Positions 50,191 through 60,616 of a stretch of DNA of 64,000 nt are shown here, in pieces. Below the pieces are notes generated by a model. That model searched no databases and was not told the DNA's origin. It was given only the letters and a program-made list of their open reading frames with translations. The stretch is taken from the NCBI GenBank assembly GCA_035285585.1, contig JAYKGU010000021.1, positions 3,283-67,282 on the forward strand, given 5' to 3'. The DNA comes from Synechococcales cyanobacterium (GTDB taxonomy: Bacteria > Cyanobacteriota > Cyanobacteriia > CAKZMO01). Every line of letters starts with the position of its first letter. Position 1 is the stretch's first letter. The position numbers were made by a program, and so were the translations under genes.

Positions 50191-51354
50191 CTATGATCGC
50201 GGTCTCTGACGCAGCGCTTTCAGCTCTTGCTGAGCCAGTTCGCAGTCTGGAGCCGCCGCCAGGGCAAGCTCGAATGCCTGCTCCGCCTTTTCCCAGTTTT
50301 GCAGTTCCAGATGGGCCTGTCCTAACGCGCAAGCGGGGTCAACATGGAGCAGCCCCCTATCAAATGGCTCTACGGAATAGAACTGATCGGTTTGCGAGAG
50401 GCGTAGACAGGTTTCGAAGTAAGGAACTGCGCCCAGGGCAAATCCAGCATTGAGGAGCACTTTCCCGGCAAAATAATTCATCGGCAGGGCATTGGGAAAC
50501 CACTCCAGCCCCCGCTGGCACAGTAGAAATGCCGTTTCAAAATCCTGACGATCCACCGCTCCCTCTGCCAGCGTCAGCATCATCGTAATAAGCCAGTAGG
50601 AGTCGGCTGGTTTATCGCCCGTCAGCAGGTGGGGCAGCAGCCGATCCATCGCTTCGGCATAGCAGTGATTAGCGGCATCGTCTTGCCCGACAGACAGATA
50701 GTTTCTGGCAAGGCAGTCCAGCAACCAAAACGACAATCCCTCCTCGCAACGAATTTGCTCCAGAATGGGGATATTGCGTGACAGCGTCTTTTCCCGTACC
50801 AGATCCTCATCGCTATTGCCGTGGTGGAGAATTTGTGCGCCTGTTAGCTGGGCGTATTGTTTGGGGCGATCGCCCTCATAAACCAACTGCTCGTGGTAGC
50901 GACCGCGATACTGAAACCCAGGAATATTTTGGAAAAGCCTGACATGGAAGCCGCCCACCATGTTGGACGCGTATTGGCTGGGCACCAGGTCGACCCGATC
51001 GATAGCGAAGGCGAGAATATCCCTGGATGACTCGATCTGGGAACGAAAGGCAGCCGCATCCCCCGTCAATTCCTCATCGGCGTCCAGGATGAGAACCCAG
51101 TTGCCCGATGCCTTAGAAATTGAGTAGTTCCGCGCCGCTCCAAAATCATCGCGCCAGGCAAAGAAATCGACAGTTGCCCCATACTGTTGGGCGATCGCCA
51201 CGGTCTCATCACTGGATCCGGTATCGACGATGATCATTTCGTCAACCCAGGCGCAAACACTCGACAGACAACGATGGAGATTGTGGCTCTCGTTCTTGAC
51301 GATCATGCAGAGGGAGAGGCGTAGCGGAGCCGTTTCGACAGAGGCGGGGGTCAT
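50191..51354 (-). CDS. Glycosyltransferase family 2 with C-terminal TPR repeats
   Basis: LSLCMIVKNESHNLHRCLSS...IIVDTGSSDET; TPR-like C-terminal half. Confidence 0.7.
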   Translation of the reverse strand: MTPASVETAPLRLSLCMIVKNESHNLHRCLSSVCAWVDEMIIVDTGSSDETVAIAQQYGATVDFFAWRDDFGAARNYSISKASGNWVLILDADEELTGDAAAFRSQIESSRDILAFAIDRVDLVPSQYASNMVGGFHVRLFQNIPGFQYRGRYHEQLVYEGDRPKQYAQLTGAQILHHGNSDEDLVREKTLSRNIPILEQIRCEEGLSFWLLDCLARNYLSVGQDDAANHCYAEAMDRLLPHLLTGDKPADSYWLITMMLTLAEGAVDRQDFETAFLLCQRGLEWFPNALPMNYFAGKVLLNAGFALGAVPYFETCLRLSQTDQFYSVEPFDRGLLHVDPACALGQAHLELQNWEKAEQAFELALAAAPDCELAQQELKALRQRPRS

Positions 51355-51365
51355 AGGTCTGGGAA

Positions 51366-52154
51366 TTACTCATCGGGGGGGAGCTGAACTTGAAGTTGAC
51401 CATCCGCAGATAGGGAAACCTGAGCACCTAGGGCCTGCATGCGGCTGATGGCGAGCTGGCGCACGTCGTCACTGACGGCGGTGTAGAAGACGCTCGTCCA
51501 GGCAGAAATCTGGGCGGGGCGGCTGTTGGGGTCGTCTGCAAGAAATTCTGCAGTTTGGCGAGATTGGGCGGCGATCGCCTCACTTTCCGAATCCGTATAG
51601 GCACTGGCCCAATCGGCGGCAGTCTCGAAGGATGCTTGAGCTGCCTGGGAATCGCCCAGGAACAGCAGTTCGTCCACCCCTTTCCAGCGCCAGATATAGT
51701 AGGCCCGGTCGGGCACTTTGGGGGAGAGCTGGGGCAGGTGTTCGTCCATCAGGGCGATCGCCCGCTCGGGCTGTCCGGCGTAGAGGGTGGTGCTGCCGGA
51801 GAGGAACAGGTAGGCGTCCCAGAAGTAGGGGTCCTGGCTGAGGATTACCTCGAAGTATTCGGGGCTGAGGTCGTAGCCAGTTTCGAGACGGGCAGGCTCA
51901 TCGCCGAAGTATTGCAGGAAGTTCAGGAAGGTCCACTTGGCGGTGAGGTTGCCAAAGCCAAAGGTGGGGGTGCGCTCCATCAGATCCAGCCGTGCTTGGG
52001 TGAGCTGATCCTGTCGCTGGAGTTCGGCGGTGGAGAGCTGGCTGTTACGATTTCTGGCGGATTGCAGACGGGGGAACTGGAGGGCACCCAAACCCGCGAT
52101 GCAGGTGAGGGCGATCGCCACGGTGACCACAATCGATTGGTGAGACTGCTTCAT
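51366..52154 (-). CDS. Hypothetical secreted/periplasmic protein (TPR-like)
   Basis: N-terminal signal peptide; no specific motif. Confidence 0.35.
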   Translation of the reverse strand: MKQSHQSIVVTVAIALTCIAGLGALQFPRLQSARNRNSQLSTAELQRQDQLTQARLDLMERTPTFGFGNLTAKWTFLNFLQYFGDEPARLETGYDLSPEYFEVILSQDPYFWDAYLFLSGSTTLYAGQPERAIALMDEHLPQLSPKVPDRAYYIWRWKGVDELLFLGDSQAAQASFETAADWASAYTDSESEAIAAQSRQTAEFLADDPNSRPAQISAWTSVFYTAVSDDVRQLAISRMQALGAQVSLSADGQLQVQLPPDE

Positions 52155-52400
52155 GGGACGGAACCCGGACGGGGGGAAGGTCTGGCTTTGGTCGGTTGAA
52201 AAATTGCTATTGTTCGAGTTTACCCAAAAGCAGAAGAGCGTACCATCACGAACGGGCTGACGAATCGTGACAAATGTTTTGAGGATGATGGTTGTTGCCC
52301 GTTCAGGTGGGTATCCTGACCAGTAGACCTGGTTCGTGAATCTCCCGGATGTCAGTCTTAGGAATTCACGTTCTATTAACCCACGCAGCGGATATCTCCT

Positions 52401-52790
52401 ATGACTCTCTCCTCCAGTTCAGACAAGCCGAAAAGACGCCCTAAGAATCCCGTTGTAGTGGGCATGACCTGGCTGTCAATTGTATCGTTTGTGGGCTTTA
52501 CGGGCTTTAGCGTCGTCCAGCTCTTTCAGAGTGCGCTAAATTTTGGCGATGAAGAGGTGGCGGAGACGGTTTCCCTGAATGAGCAGCTCCAGACCCAGGA
52601 GCGGGGCTATGAGATTGTTCTGGAGCGAGAACCGGACAATGTGGTGGCCCTGGAGGGACTGGCGAATACGCGGATGGAGATGGGGGATTATGAAGGGGCG
52701 ATCGCCCCTCTGGAAAAACTCGTTGAAATGTATCCGGATTTCCCTCAATATCAAACCCTGCTGCAACAAGCCGCTGAACAGGCTCCTTAA
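52401..52790 (+). CDS. Small membrane-anchored TPR-like protein
   Basis: One TM helix plus TPR-like C-terminus. Confidence 0.35.
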   Translation: MTLSSSSDKPKRRPKNPVVVGMTWLSIVSFVGFTGFSVVQLFQSALNFGDEEVAETVSLNEQLQTQERGYEIVLEREPDNVVALEGLANTRMEMGDYEGAIAPLEKLVEMYPDFPQYQTLLQQAAEQAP

Positions 52791-52868
52791 CGCTGTAATT
52801 TGTTTATTTACAAGATTCTCCTCCAGGCTTTAACTATTTGGTTTCGAACCAAAATTTCTAAACACTCA

Positions 52869-53756
52869 ATGAATATCTTGTTTATTTCGTCGGGGTTGAT
52901 GCCGGATTATCAGTGTGATTCCCTTTTTCATGGGTTAAGGGAAGTCTTTGGAAATGGGGTGGTTGATATAAACAAAGTTGAATATATGTATAAAACCTTT
53001 CCATTATCAGAAAAGCCAAACCTCTACGGAAAAGGATTTACACTGTACGGGCTTTTAGAGGATGAATCGGATATCGACAGGAGTGATATAGAGAGCAAGA
53101 TTAAGCACAGATTCTTCGACTTCATCGTCTACGGTAGTATTCACAGGTGTCAAACTTATGTTGAAACCGTTCTGGACATCTACCCACCCGAAAATATCGT
53201 TTTCATTGATGGAGAGGATGATGGCAAGGTCATAAATCTACTGCTCAACAGGGGCTTCTATTTCAAGCGAGAGCTTCAAGCAGAAAATCGCTTCATTTTG
53301 CCAATTCACTTTTCCGTGCCGAAGGACAAGTTTATTAATGACATTTACGAATTAGAAAAACTCAGCTTTCGGTCCCACTGTGATCCTAGAGATCGGAGTA
53401 CTTACATCTATGAAAAGGAGGAGGACTATTACCAGCAGTATCAAGAAAGCTTCTTCGGTTTCACTACGAAAAAAGCCGGATGGGATTGCTTACGTCACTA
53501 TGAAATCATTGCTCAAGGATGCGCCCCGTACTTTCCCGATCTGTTAGACTGCCCCTATTTGACGATGCATAGATTTCCTCGCCTGGAAACGATAAGGCTG
53601 ATGGAAATCGCCGACTACTGCGTTCAGAACGAGTATCTGGATATGGAAGGATATTTATCTAATCTTGAGTACCTTTTTAACTACGCAAAAAAATATTTGA
53701 CGACGGCAGCAGTTGCCAGCTATGTTATTGAGCAATTAAAATCTTATTCCAATTGA
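52869..53756 (+). CDS. Hypothetical protein, first gene of the low-GC island
   Basis: Low GC; no recognisable motif; ATG at 52869 (MNILFISSGL...). Confidence 0.4.
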   Translation: MNILFISSGLMPDYQCDSLFHGLREVFGNGVVDINKVEYMYKTFPLSEKPNLYGKGFTLYGLLEDESDIDRSDIESKIKHRFFDFIVYGSIHRCQTYVETVLDIYPPENIVFIDGEDDGKVINLLLNRGFYFKRELQAENRFILPIHFSVPKDKFINDIYELEKLSFRSHCDPRDRSTYIYEKEEDYYQQYQESFFGFTTKKAGWDCLRHYEIIAQGCAPYFPDLLDCPYLTMHRFPRLETIRLMEIADYCVQNEYLDMEGYLSNLEYLFNYAKKYLTTAAVASYVIEQLKSYSN

Positions 53757-53845
53757 ATAAATTTATCTAATTTCAAGCAAGATATAAGTTCTTTAATAAA
53801 CTAGATACTATTGCATGTTCTCTTTGCAAGCGCTGGTGCCCCCAT

Positions 53846-56800
53846 ATGACCTCTCTACCTACTCCTACACGTGTTGATATCGGCTGTGGACCTCGCAAGG
53901 CTCCGGGCTTCATTGGGGTTGATATTGCCCCTATCCCTGGGGTTGACATTGTTGCTGACCTTAACAAGAAGTTCCCCTTCGAAGATAGTACTGTAGACGA
54001 GCTGCGTGCCTATGATGCAATTGAGCATCTCGTCGATCGCATACACACCATGAACGAAATCTGGCGTGTCTGTAAACCCGGTGCAAAAGTTGATATCTTT
54101 GTGCCTTCTAGCGATGGGAGGGGTGCGTTCCAAGACCCAACGCACGTCAGTTTTTGGAATATCAACTCTTTCAAGTACTACTGCATTGAGTTTCCTGGCT
54201 ACATCGGTTTATGCCATCAGTACGGGTTTAAAGGCGCATTTCGGCTACTCGAAGCAGGGCACGTAAAATCTCCTGATGAGGTCATCCATGTTAGCGCGAA
54301 ATTGGAGGTCGTCAAACCTGTTCCGTGGGATGCCGAGCTATCAGGCGTTCCGTCTCAGGCTCACACACTTCGTCAAGAGGCGACTCAAACGAGTGCTACA
54401 GAGATTAAAGAACCGGTTTCCTCGCTTGACTATGTGATTCCTCCTGAAATTAAGCACGATGAGTCTGATCAAGCGATTCAGCAGATTACTCAGGAAGAGG
54501 AGATTCGCACCATTTCTGAAATCGGCTCCTTGTCAGGGCAGAGCAGTATGGATACATTAGAGCGGGGCAGTATGGATACATTAGAGCAGGGCAGTATGGA
54601 TACATTTACTTATAAGGGAAAGGTTTTCCATTATAACAGTATAAAGTACAACAATCCGAGCGAGAGAGCTGTAGAAATTCCCATTGGTTTTGAATTCCTT
54701 GTCAGAAACTCACGCAAGAGTAAGATATTAGAAGTTGGGAATACATTGTCTAATTATGAAAATTTCCTAAGTGAATATATTGGAATAAAAAACAGAAAGA
54801 TTATCGACAAGTTCGAGAAAAACATCGGTGTAGATCAGATTGATTTGATGGAAATCCCATCAACAGAGAAATATGGTGCCGTTGTTTGTATCTCAACAGC
54901 AGAGCATATTGGACAGGGAGAAAATCCCCAAGGAATTTATGGCGAAGTAGCCAATCATGAGAGGGATAGGGAAGCTCCATTAAAGGGGATAGCCAAAATT
55001 TATGAGATCCTGGAAATTGGGGGAGAAGCGCTAATAACTGTCCCTTTTGGGAAATTAATTGATGGAAATTGGTATATTCAGTTTAGCCAGGAATATCTTG
55101 ACTTGTTATTTCAGAAGTATCAAGTCAGGAAGCAGGATGCCTTCATTGGTTTCTTGAAAAAAACTGATATGAGAACTAGCGAAGATTATCCTTATCCAAC
55201 TTACCAAAGATGGATTCAGGTTGAGAATCCTGAAGATTTATCAGACGTTGAATATAATAATCCTTTTCTCTTCGCAAATTCAATTGCTGTTATTGAGTTA
55301 AGTAAGAGTGACCACAGCTTTCGACTCAACCTTGCAAAGCCACCCTCAACACTTGAGTATGCATCCCCCATTGAACTGGAAACAGCAGTTGGCCGACTAA
55401 AAATAGAGAAAGCCATTCAGAGAAAGGATTCAGCTGGTCGGGTCTCTGAAGCGCTTGAGAATTACAAATCTACTAAACACCCATATATTGCTATCGATGG
55501 CGTTTTCTTTCAACTTTATAATACTGGCATTGCAAGGGTTTGGCGCTCGCTTCTTGAGTATTGGTCCAAAAATGAGTTTAGAGACCATATCATTGTTCTT
55601 GAGCGCGGAGACTCAGCCCCAAAATTCCCTGGAATAAAGTACCTTTCGATTCCTGAATATAGTTACAATTCGGCTACAGAAGATAGAGGGATTTTACAAG
55701 CTGTTTGTGATTATTTAGAAGTTGACTTATTCATTTCAACTTACTACACTTCACCCATTTCAACACCTTCTGTTTTCATGGCGTACGACATGATTCCAGA
55801 AGTAATGGGGTGGGATTTGAATCATCCTATGTGGCGCGAGAAACATCGTGCTATCCAACAAGCATCAGCGTATGTTTCAATATCACAGAATACAGCTAAT
55901 GATCTAGCTAAATTATTCTCTGGTATTGACTCAGATCAAATAACAGTTGCTTTATGCGGCGTAAGTGACGTCTTTAAACCTGCATCAACTGAAAACATTA
56001 TTCAATTCAAAGAAAGATATAGTATCACTAAGCCTTATTTTATTCTGGTAGGAGCAAACAGCGGACCTCAGAGCTATAAAAATGCTATTTTGTTCTTTCA
56101 AGCGTTTGCCAAGTTGCCTAGTAGAGCTGGATTTGAAGTGATTTGCACGGGTTCAGATTCGATACATGAAGCGTTTCGAGAATATGTATTTGGTACGAAG
56201 ATCCATGCTTTGAGATTAAGCGACGAAGAACTAGGAGTAGCGTATTCAGGAGCGATCGCTCTAGTCTATCCTTCCAAATATGAGGGTTTTGGGTTGCCTC
56301 TAGTCGAAGCAATGGCATGTGGCTGCCCTATTATTACTTCCCCCAATGCGTCTATTCCAGAAGTAGTGGGTGAAGCAGGGCTTTATGTGAATAGTGACGA
56401 TGTGATTGGCATGACGACTGCCCTCTGTGAAATTCAGAAACCTGAACTTCGTCAGTCCCTTATCTCTGTAGGTAAAGAGAGAGCCGAGCAGTTTACTTGG
56501 CAGTCAATGGCTGAGACTGTTCAAGCCGCATTAATTCGTACGACCTTGGCGAACTTGAATTTACAGGATATCAACTATCTTGCATTTCCTGATTGGACTC
56601 GGCCCATAGAGACCTTGGGTGAAGAGTTTCAGAATATTCTCCGCTCTCTTAGTCATCATCCGGACAAAGAGCGGATGACTTTAGTGCTCGACGGGAGTGA
56701 TATTGCAGAAGAAGAGGCTGAATTGCTCATGTCCAGCATTGCAGTAAACCTGATGCTGGAGGAAGAAATAGATTTTGGAACCGGACCAAAAGTCGCATTA

Positions 56801-56938
56801 ACTGGAGAACTTAGTTCGATGCAATGGAGTAATTTACTAAAGCTAGTTCAAGGGAGGATTTCGTTGGAAGGAGAAAATACGGCAAAAGTTCAGGGAGTTA
56901 ATGCTTCTTTGCTACCGATTATTGAATATGATATGTGA
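53846..56938 (+). CDS. 1030-aa fusion: class I SAM methyltransferase, a second Rossmann MT-like domain, and a GT4 (group 1) glycosyltransferase
   Basis: [18 protein letters not shown] (MT motif I); central ILEVGN...; C-terminal [20 protein letters not shown] (GT4 E-x7-E); internal 3x24-bp tandem repeat. Confidence 0.75.
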   Translation: MTSLPTPTRVDIGCGPRKAPGFIGVDIAPIPGVDIVADLNKKFPFEDSTVDELRAYDAIEHLVDRIHTMNEIWRVCKPGAKVDIFVPSSDGRGAFQDPTHVSFWNINSFKYYCIEFPGYIGLCHQYGFKGAFRLLEAGHVKSPDEVIHVSAKLEVVKPVPWDAELSGVPSQAHTLRQEATQTSATEIKEPVSSLDYVIPPEIKHDESDQAIQQITQEEEIRTISEIGSLSGQSSMDTLERGSMDTLEQGSMDTFTYKGKVFHYNSIKYNNPSERAVEIPIGFEFLVRNSRKSKILEVGNTLSNYENFLSEYIGIKNRKIIDKFEKNIGVDQIDLMEIPSTEKYGAVVCISTAEHIGQGENPQGIYGEVANHERDREAPLKGIAKIYEILEIGGEALITVPFGKLIDGNWYIQFSQEYLDLLFQKYQVRKQDAFIGFLKKTDMRTSEDYPYPTYQRWIQVENPEDLSDVEYNNPFLFANSIAVIELSKSDHSFRLNLAKPPSTLEYASPIELETAVGRLKIEKAIQRKDSAGRVSEALENYKSTKHPYIAIDGVFFQLYNTGIARVWRSLLEYWSKNEFRDHIIVLERGDSAPKFPGIKYLSIPEYSYNSATEDRGILQAVCDYLEVDLFISTYYTSPISTPSVFMAYDMIPEVMGWDLNHPMWREKHRAIQQASAYVSISQNTANDLAKLFSGIDSDQITVALCGVSDVFKPASTENIIQFKERYSITKPYFILVGANSGPQSYKNAILFFQAFAKLPSRAGFEVICTGSDSIHEAFREYVFGTKIHALRLSDEELGVAYSGAIALVYPSKYEGFGLPLVEAMACGCPIITSPNASIPEVVGEAGLYVNSDDVIGMTTALCEIQKPELRQSLISVGKERAEQFTWQSMAETVQAALIRTTLANLNLQDINYLAFPDWTRPIETLGEEFQNILRSLSHHPDKERMTLVLDGSDIAEEEAELLMSSIAVNLMLEEEIDFGTGPKVALTGELSSMQWSNLLKLVQGRISLEGENTAKVQGVNASLLPIIEYDM
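54535..54606 (+). repeat. 3 x 24-bp perfect or near-perfect in-frame tandem repeat encoding (Q/R)GSMDTLE
   Basis: cagagcagtatggatacattagag / cggggcagtatggatacattagag / cagggcagtatggatacattt. Confidence 0.8.
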
Positions 56939-57033
56939 AGTAACGTCATTTTGCTCAACTACTTCTAGACAAGTAAATAGTGCTCTGATTACATTAATGG
57001 CGTTAAAGCATAGATGGAAATCGAGTTCTTATT

Positions 57034-57933
57034 TTGTATACCGTAGAATTATTCACAACCTACCCCTATTCTGAGATGCCAAAAGAGTATGAGATCGGTT
57101 CCTACAAAATTATGTTGCCTGATGATCATCAACTTGATCATTATCAATCTGTATATCCTCGTTATGATATTTGTTTGGGATATATCTCGCAGTTTGCTGC
57201 TCTCAAATATCAGAATTTAACTGTAATTGACGTTGGGGCAAACGTTGGCGATAGTGCTGCACTGATTCAAAAATATCAGAGCATTCCAACTTTATGTATT
57301 GAGGGCAATCCAGAGTTCCTGGAGTACCTTGAACACAATGCAGAAGTTATTGGAAACATTCAGATCGAAGATTGTTTCATTGGGAAAGACGGCGAATCTG
57401 TAGATTTGAGTAAAGTATGGATGCAAGGTGGAACGGCTTCGATTGTTAATGCAGTCAATTCTGACGGATTTTTCTATGTGAACATGAAAAGCCTTGAAAC
57501 GATTTTAGAAGGTCATCCATCTTTTCGTAACTTTAAACTTATAAAATCTGACACTGATGGTTTTGATTTTTCTATTATCAAACAATCAAAGGAAATTCTT
57601 CAGGTGAATAAGCCGATTATCTATTTTGAATATTCAACACTTTTTCACTTGTCAGCTTATACTGAATCATTGGAAGCGATAACAGTTTTAATCGAGTGTG
57701 GCTATACAAAGTTTCTAGTGTATGATAATTTTGGTAATTATGTGATAAGCTTGGAGGATGATCTTGAGAAATTTATCGATTTGACTACTTTTCTCTTCTC
57801 AAACTTACGGTGTAACGGGAGAGCAGCAGTATATTACCTGGATATTTGTGCATTTACAAACGAGGATTTGGACTTGTTTGAATCAATTAGGGAAAAAGAA
57901 CTTGAACTTATCCAAGTAACCCTAAGTAGGTAA
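57034..57933 (+). CDS. FkbM-family methyltransferase
   Basis: LTVIDVGANVGDSAALI motif; low GC. Confidence 0.7.
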   Translation: MYTVELFTTYPYSEMPKEYEIGSYKIMLPDDHQLDHYQSVYPRYDICLGYISQFAALKYQNLTVIDVGANVGDSAALIQKYQSIPTLCIEGNPEFLEYLEHNAEVIGNIQIEDCFIGKDGESVDLSKVWMQGGTASIVNAVNSDGFFYVNMKSLETILEGHPSFRNFKLIKSDTDGFDFSIIKQSKEILQVNKPIIYFEYSTLFHLSAYTESLEAITVLIECGYTKFLVYDNFGNYVISLEDDLEKFIDLTTFLFSNLRCNGRAAVYYLDICAFTNEDLDLFESIREKELELIQVTLSR

Positions 57934-58069
57934 AGGCAGAGAAACTCAGCTACATAATTACATAATTACGTTAGTGGCAGACAACGCCTCACCGTCCAGC
58001 AAGTCCGCAAATTAGCAGAGCAATTTCACGTTTCACCGGCAATCTTCGTGTAAGCAGTCAATTCTTGTC

Positions 58070-60301
58070 CTACCGTCGCGACTCCAGATACAGTGCCCAC
58101 ATCCGCTGATAGGCATCCTCCATATCTTGGGTAAATTGCCGTCCATTCCAGAGTGGGGCTGTTTTTCGAGATTGAATTAGCTTCCATGTCACTTGAGATC
58201 GAAGGGAATGATCCGTTCCCAGACGAATGCCCCAGTCCACATATTCCTCATCTGTCCAGGCAATACCTTCCACAACGCCTCCATTCACCATCATGGTATA
58301 GCTATTGCGGGCAGCAAACTGGGTGCCTACCCGCGTAACCAGCGGAATGCCCATCCATAGGGTTTCCAGCGTGGTGGTGGCTCCGTTGTAGGGATAGGTA
58401 TCCAGAACCACGTCAGCGATACCCAGATTGGCGCGATGGTCAGCTTCAGAGCTAACCATCGGTAAAAACCGGAGGCGATCGAAGCTAACCCCCTCCTCTT
58501 CTGCAATCTGGCTAAAGAGATGCCTGACAGCTTCCTGGTCTGCCTTTCCCTTGATTAGGAAATAGCTGTTGGGGACGTTTCGCAAAACTTGCATCTGTAG
58601 CCGTACCGTATCGGGATGGCGCTTATATCCACTTTGATTGCTGAGATAAACGATTGCATCACTGGGAATATCAAGGGCATCGCGACGTAAATTAGGGATA
58701 CCCACTTCAAAGCCATCTACGGCGATGTAAGTTTGAGGCAATCGCCAAATTGTTTCTTTATAGTATTTTTGGGCATCCGGTGGCAGCACGTACGGGTCGG
58801 CCATGAAGTAGTCAACCGCCGGTAGTCCAGAGGCATCCCAACCCAGCCAGGTAACCTGGATAGGTGCTGCCTTCAAGGCCAAAACCTGACAAGTTATGGG
58901 AGCTGTGATGCTATCTAAATCAACTAAAATGTCTATCTGATCTTTGTGAATTTGGTCAGCAATCGCCTCAGATTTTGCCTCTATCTGATAAGCCTGATCC
59001 GCCTGACGCATATACCAATCTTCCAACGGGTCAGGCATCTCGACAGCATACTGAATGTGATAGGTATAGACCCTGACGCGATCACGGCGGTGGTGTTGAA
59101 TTAACCAGCGAGCCAACCAACCAACTGAATGAGTCCGCAAGCATCGGGAGAGGTAGCCAATTCTCAAAGGACGGGAAGAAGCTTGAATCTTTTGTTGATT
59201 GAGTTGGTGTTCAGTGAGTTCGTATTTACCAGACAAATCAACCCCGGCGTCCTGCTCTACCCGCATAATTGTCTGGCAAATCTGGGTTGTCCGATTGGTT
59301 ATAGCCCGATTTTCTTCAATATCGTCCTTCATGTAAGGCAGCAGAAAAACAGAACTAAATAGTTTACGAATATCGCGATCACTCACATCAGGCTCATCAT
59401 CCAGCGAGAGGTTGCTCAACAGGTTTACGTAATCAGTCCAATCGGGCAGGAAGTCATTCCGCCGCCCTCCTGATGCGGCGATTCCACGGAGGATCAAATA
59501 CTTGGCATAAATCTGATCGACGGATGACTGGACCAGTGTAAAGCAGCGATGAGCAACCTGAATGCCCTGCTTATAGTGATGGATATTTTGATAGAAAGCC
59601 GCTAGCTCTTCTAAAACGATAAGGTTTGTCGGATTAAGCTGGAGGCAGATCTCGGCAATCTGTAGCGCCGTGTCCCATGATTTCCAGGTATAGGCTGCTT
59701 GTTTAAGCGCTTTGATCAGAATACGGTCTCGCTGGGAAGACGGTTCCAGATAAGTTGATGCCAGGCGAAGGCATTCAAGAATCATCGGATTAGTGGGATC
59801 CCACTCCAAAACTGCTTGCAGGGTTTCTGACAGTACCTCCGATTTGCTTTCATCAGGTGTCGTAATTGAACCAAAGGCGTCTACCAGCGACAGGTCTACT
59901 AGACGCTCGGTGGTTAATGTCCTAAGCCTGCTTTCTAGAATGACAATTTTGAAGCGGTTATAGATGTTTTCAGGATTTAACTCGTAAATATACTGTCGAA
60001 TTGCCCAGGCGACTGAGTGATTGTTATAGGACTCCTGGTGCTTGGCCTCAGTATCTAAAATTTGAACTAATTCTGACAGACCACTGTACCCATCTTCGGT
60101 GTCGCAATTCATGAGAGCAGCCATCCAGACTGCCTGGGCTTCCGCTTCTTCACCTTGAAGCAAGAGAGCCAGTCCCAGGTACCAATAATGAGTGTGAATT
60201 GCGGGTTCTAACTCAATGGCATGGCGATAACACTGCTCTGCACCAGAGTAATCCTTTGCTACCCAGCGTTGATGAACCTGTTGTTGCCAATCGTCTTGCA
60301 T
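58070..60301 (-). CDS. TPR-repeat / GT41-like (SPINDLY/OGT family, COG3914) glycosyltransferase, paralog 1 with lower GC (track ORF extends to 60367 via a GTG)
   Basis: C-terminus DTYPYNGATTTLETLWMGIPLVT...MWALYLESRR resembles the OGT catalytic C-lobe; N-terminal TPRs. Confidence 0.7.
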   Translation of the reverse strand: MQDDWQQQVHQRWVAKDYSGAEQCYRHAIELEPAIHTHYWYLGLALLLQGEEAEAQAVWMAALMNCDTEDGYSGLSELVQILDTEAKHQESYNNHSVAWAIRQYIYELNPENIYNRFKIVILESRLRTLTTERLVDLSLVDAFGSITTPDESKSEVLSETLQAVLEWDPTNPMILECLRLASTYLEPSSQRDRILIKALKQAAYTWKSWDTALQIAEICLQLNPTNLIVLEELAAFYQNIHHYKQGIQVAHRCFTLVQSSVDQIYAKYLILRGIAASGGRRNDFLPDWTDYVNLLSNLSLDDEPDVSDRDIRKLFSSVFLLPYMKDDIEENRAITNRTTQICQTIMRVEQDAGVDLSGKYELTEHQLNQQKIQASSRPLRIGYLSRCLRTHSVGWLARWLIQHHRRDRVRVYTYHIQYAVEMPDPLEDWYMRQADQAYQIEAKSEAIADQIHKDQIDILVDLDSITAPITCQVLALKAAPIQVTWLGWDASGLPAVDYFMADPYVLPPDAQKYYKETIWRLPQTYIAVDGFEVGIPNLRRDALDIPSDAIVYLSNQSGYKRHPDTVRLQMQVLRNVPNSYFLIKGKADQEAVRHLFSQIAEEEGVSFDRLRFLPMVSSEADHRANLGIADVVLDTYPYNGATTTLETLWMGIPLVTRVGTQFAARNSYTMMVNGGVVEGIAWTDEEYVDWGIRLGTDHSLRSQVTWKLIQSRKTAPLWNGRQFTQDMEDAYQRMWALYLESRR

Positions 60302-60367
60302 ATTTACATTCACAGTGATTTTAACCGCGGTAATTTCTCTTAAAAGCCCTTCACCCAGTTTGCCCAC

Positions 60368-60480
60368 ATCTGCTGATAGGAATCCTCTATACCGTGGATA
60401 AACTGTTGCCCATCCCGCAGAGGATTCGTTTTGCGGGATTGGAGCAGTTTCCAGGCTACCTGCTATCGGAGCATTTGATC
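60368..60480 (-). pseudogene. Remnant 3' end (~35 codons) of a fourth TPR/GT41-like gene
   Basis: The reverse complement translates ...LLQSRKTNPLRDGQQFIHGIEDSYQQMWAN, matching the paralog C-termini (LIQSRKTAPLWNGRQFTQDMEDAYQRMWALY). Confidence 0.5.
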
Positions 60481-60616
60481 CGTTTCCAACAAACGCTTCA
60501 ATCTCCTACTCCTTAATTTGTCCAAACAATGCCCTCCTATAAGCCCACATTCACCATCGACTTGGTGTTCGCCCTACCGATTGTGTTTTCTGAGGAAGCT
60601 CTCCTTCGCATCAAAA

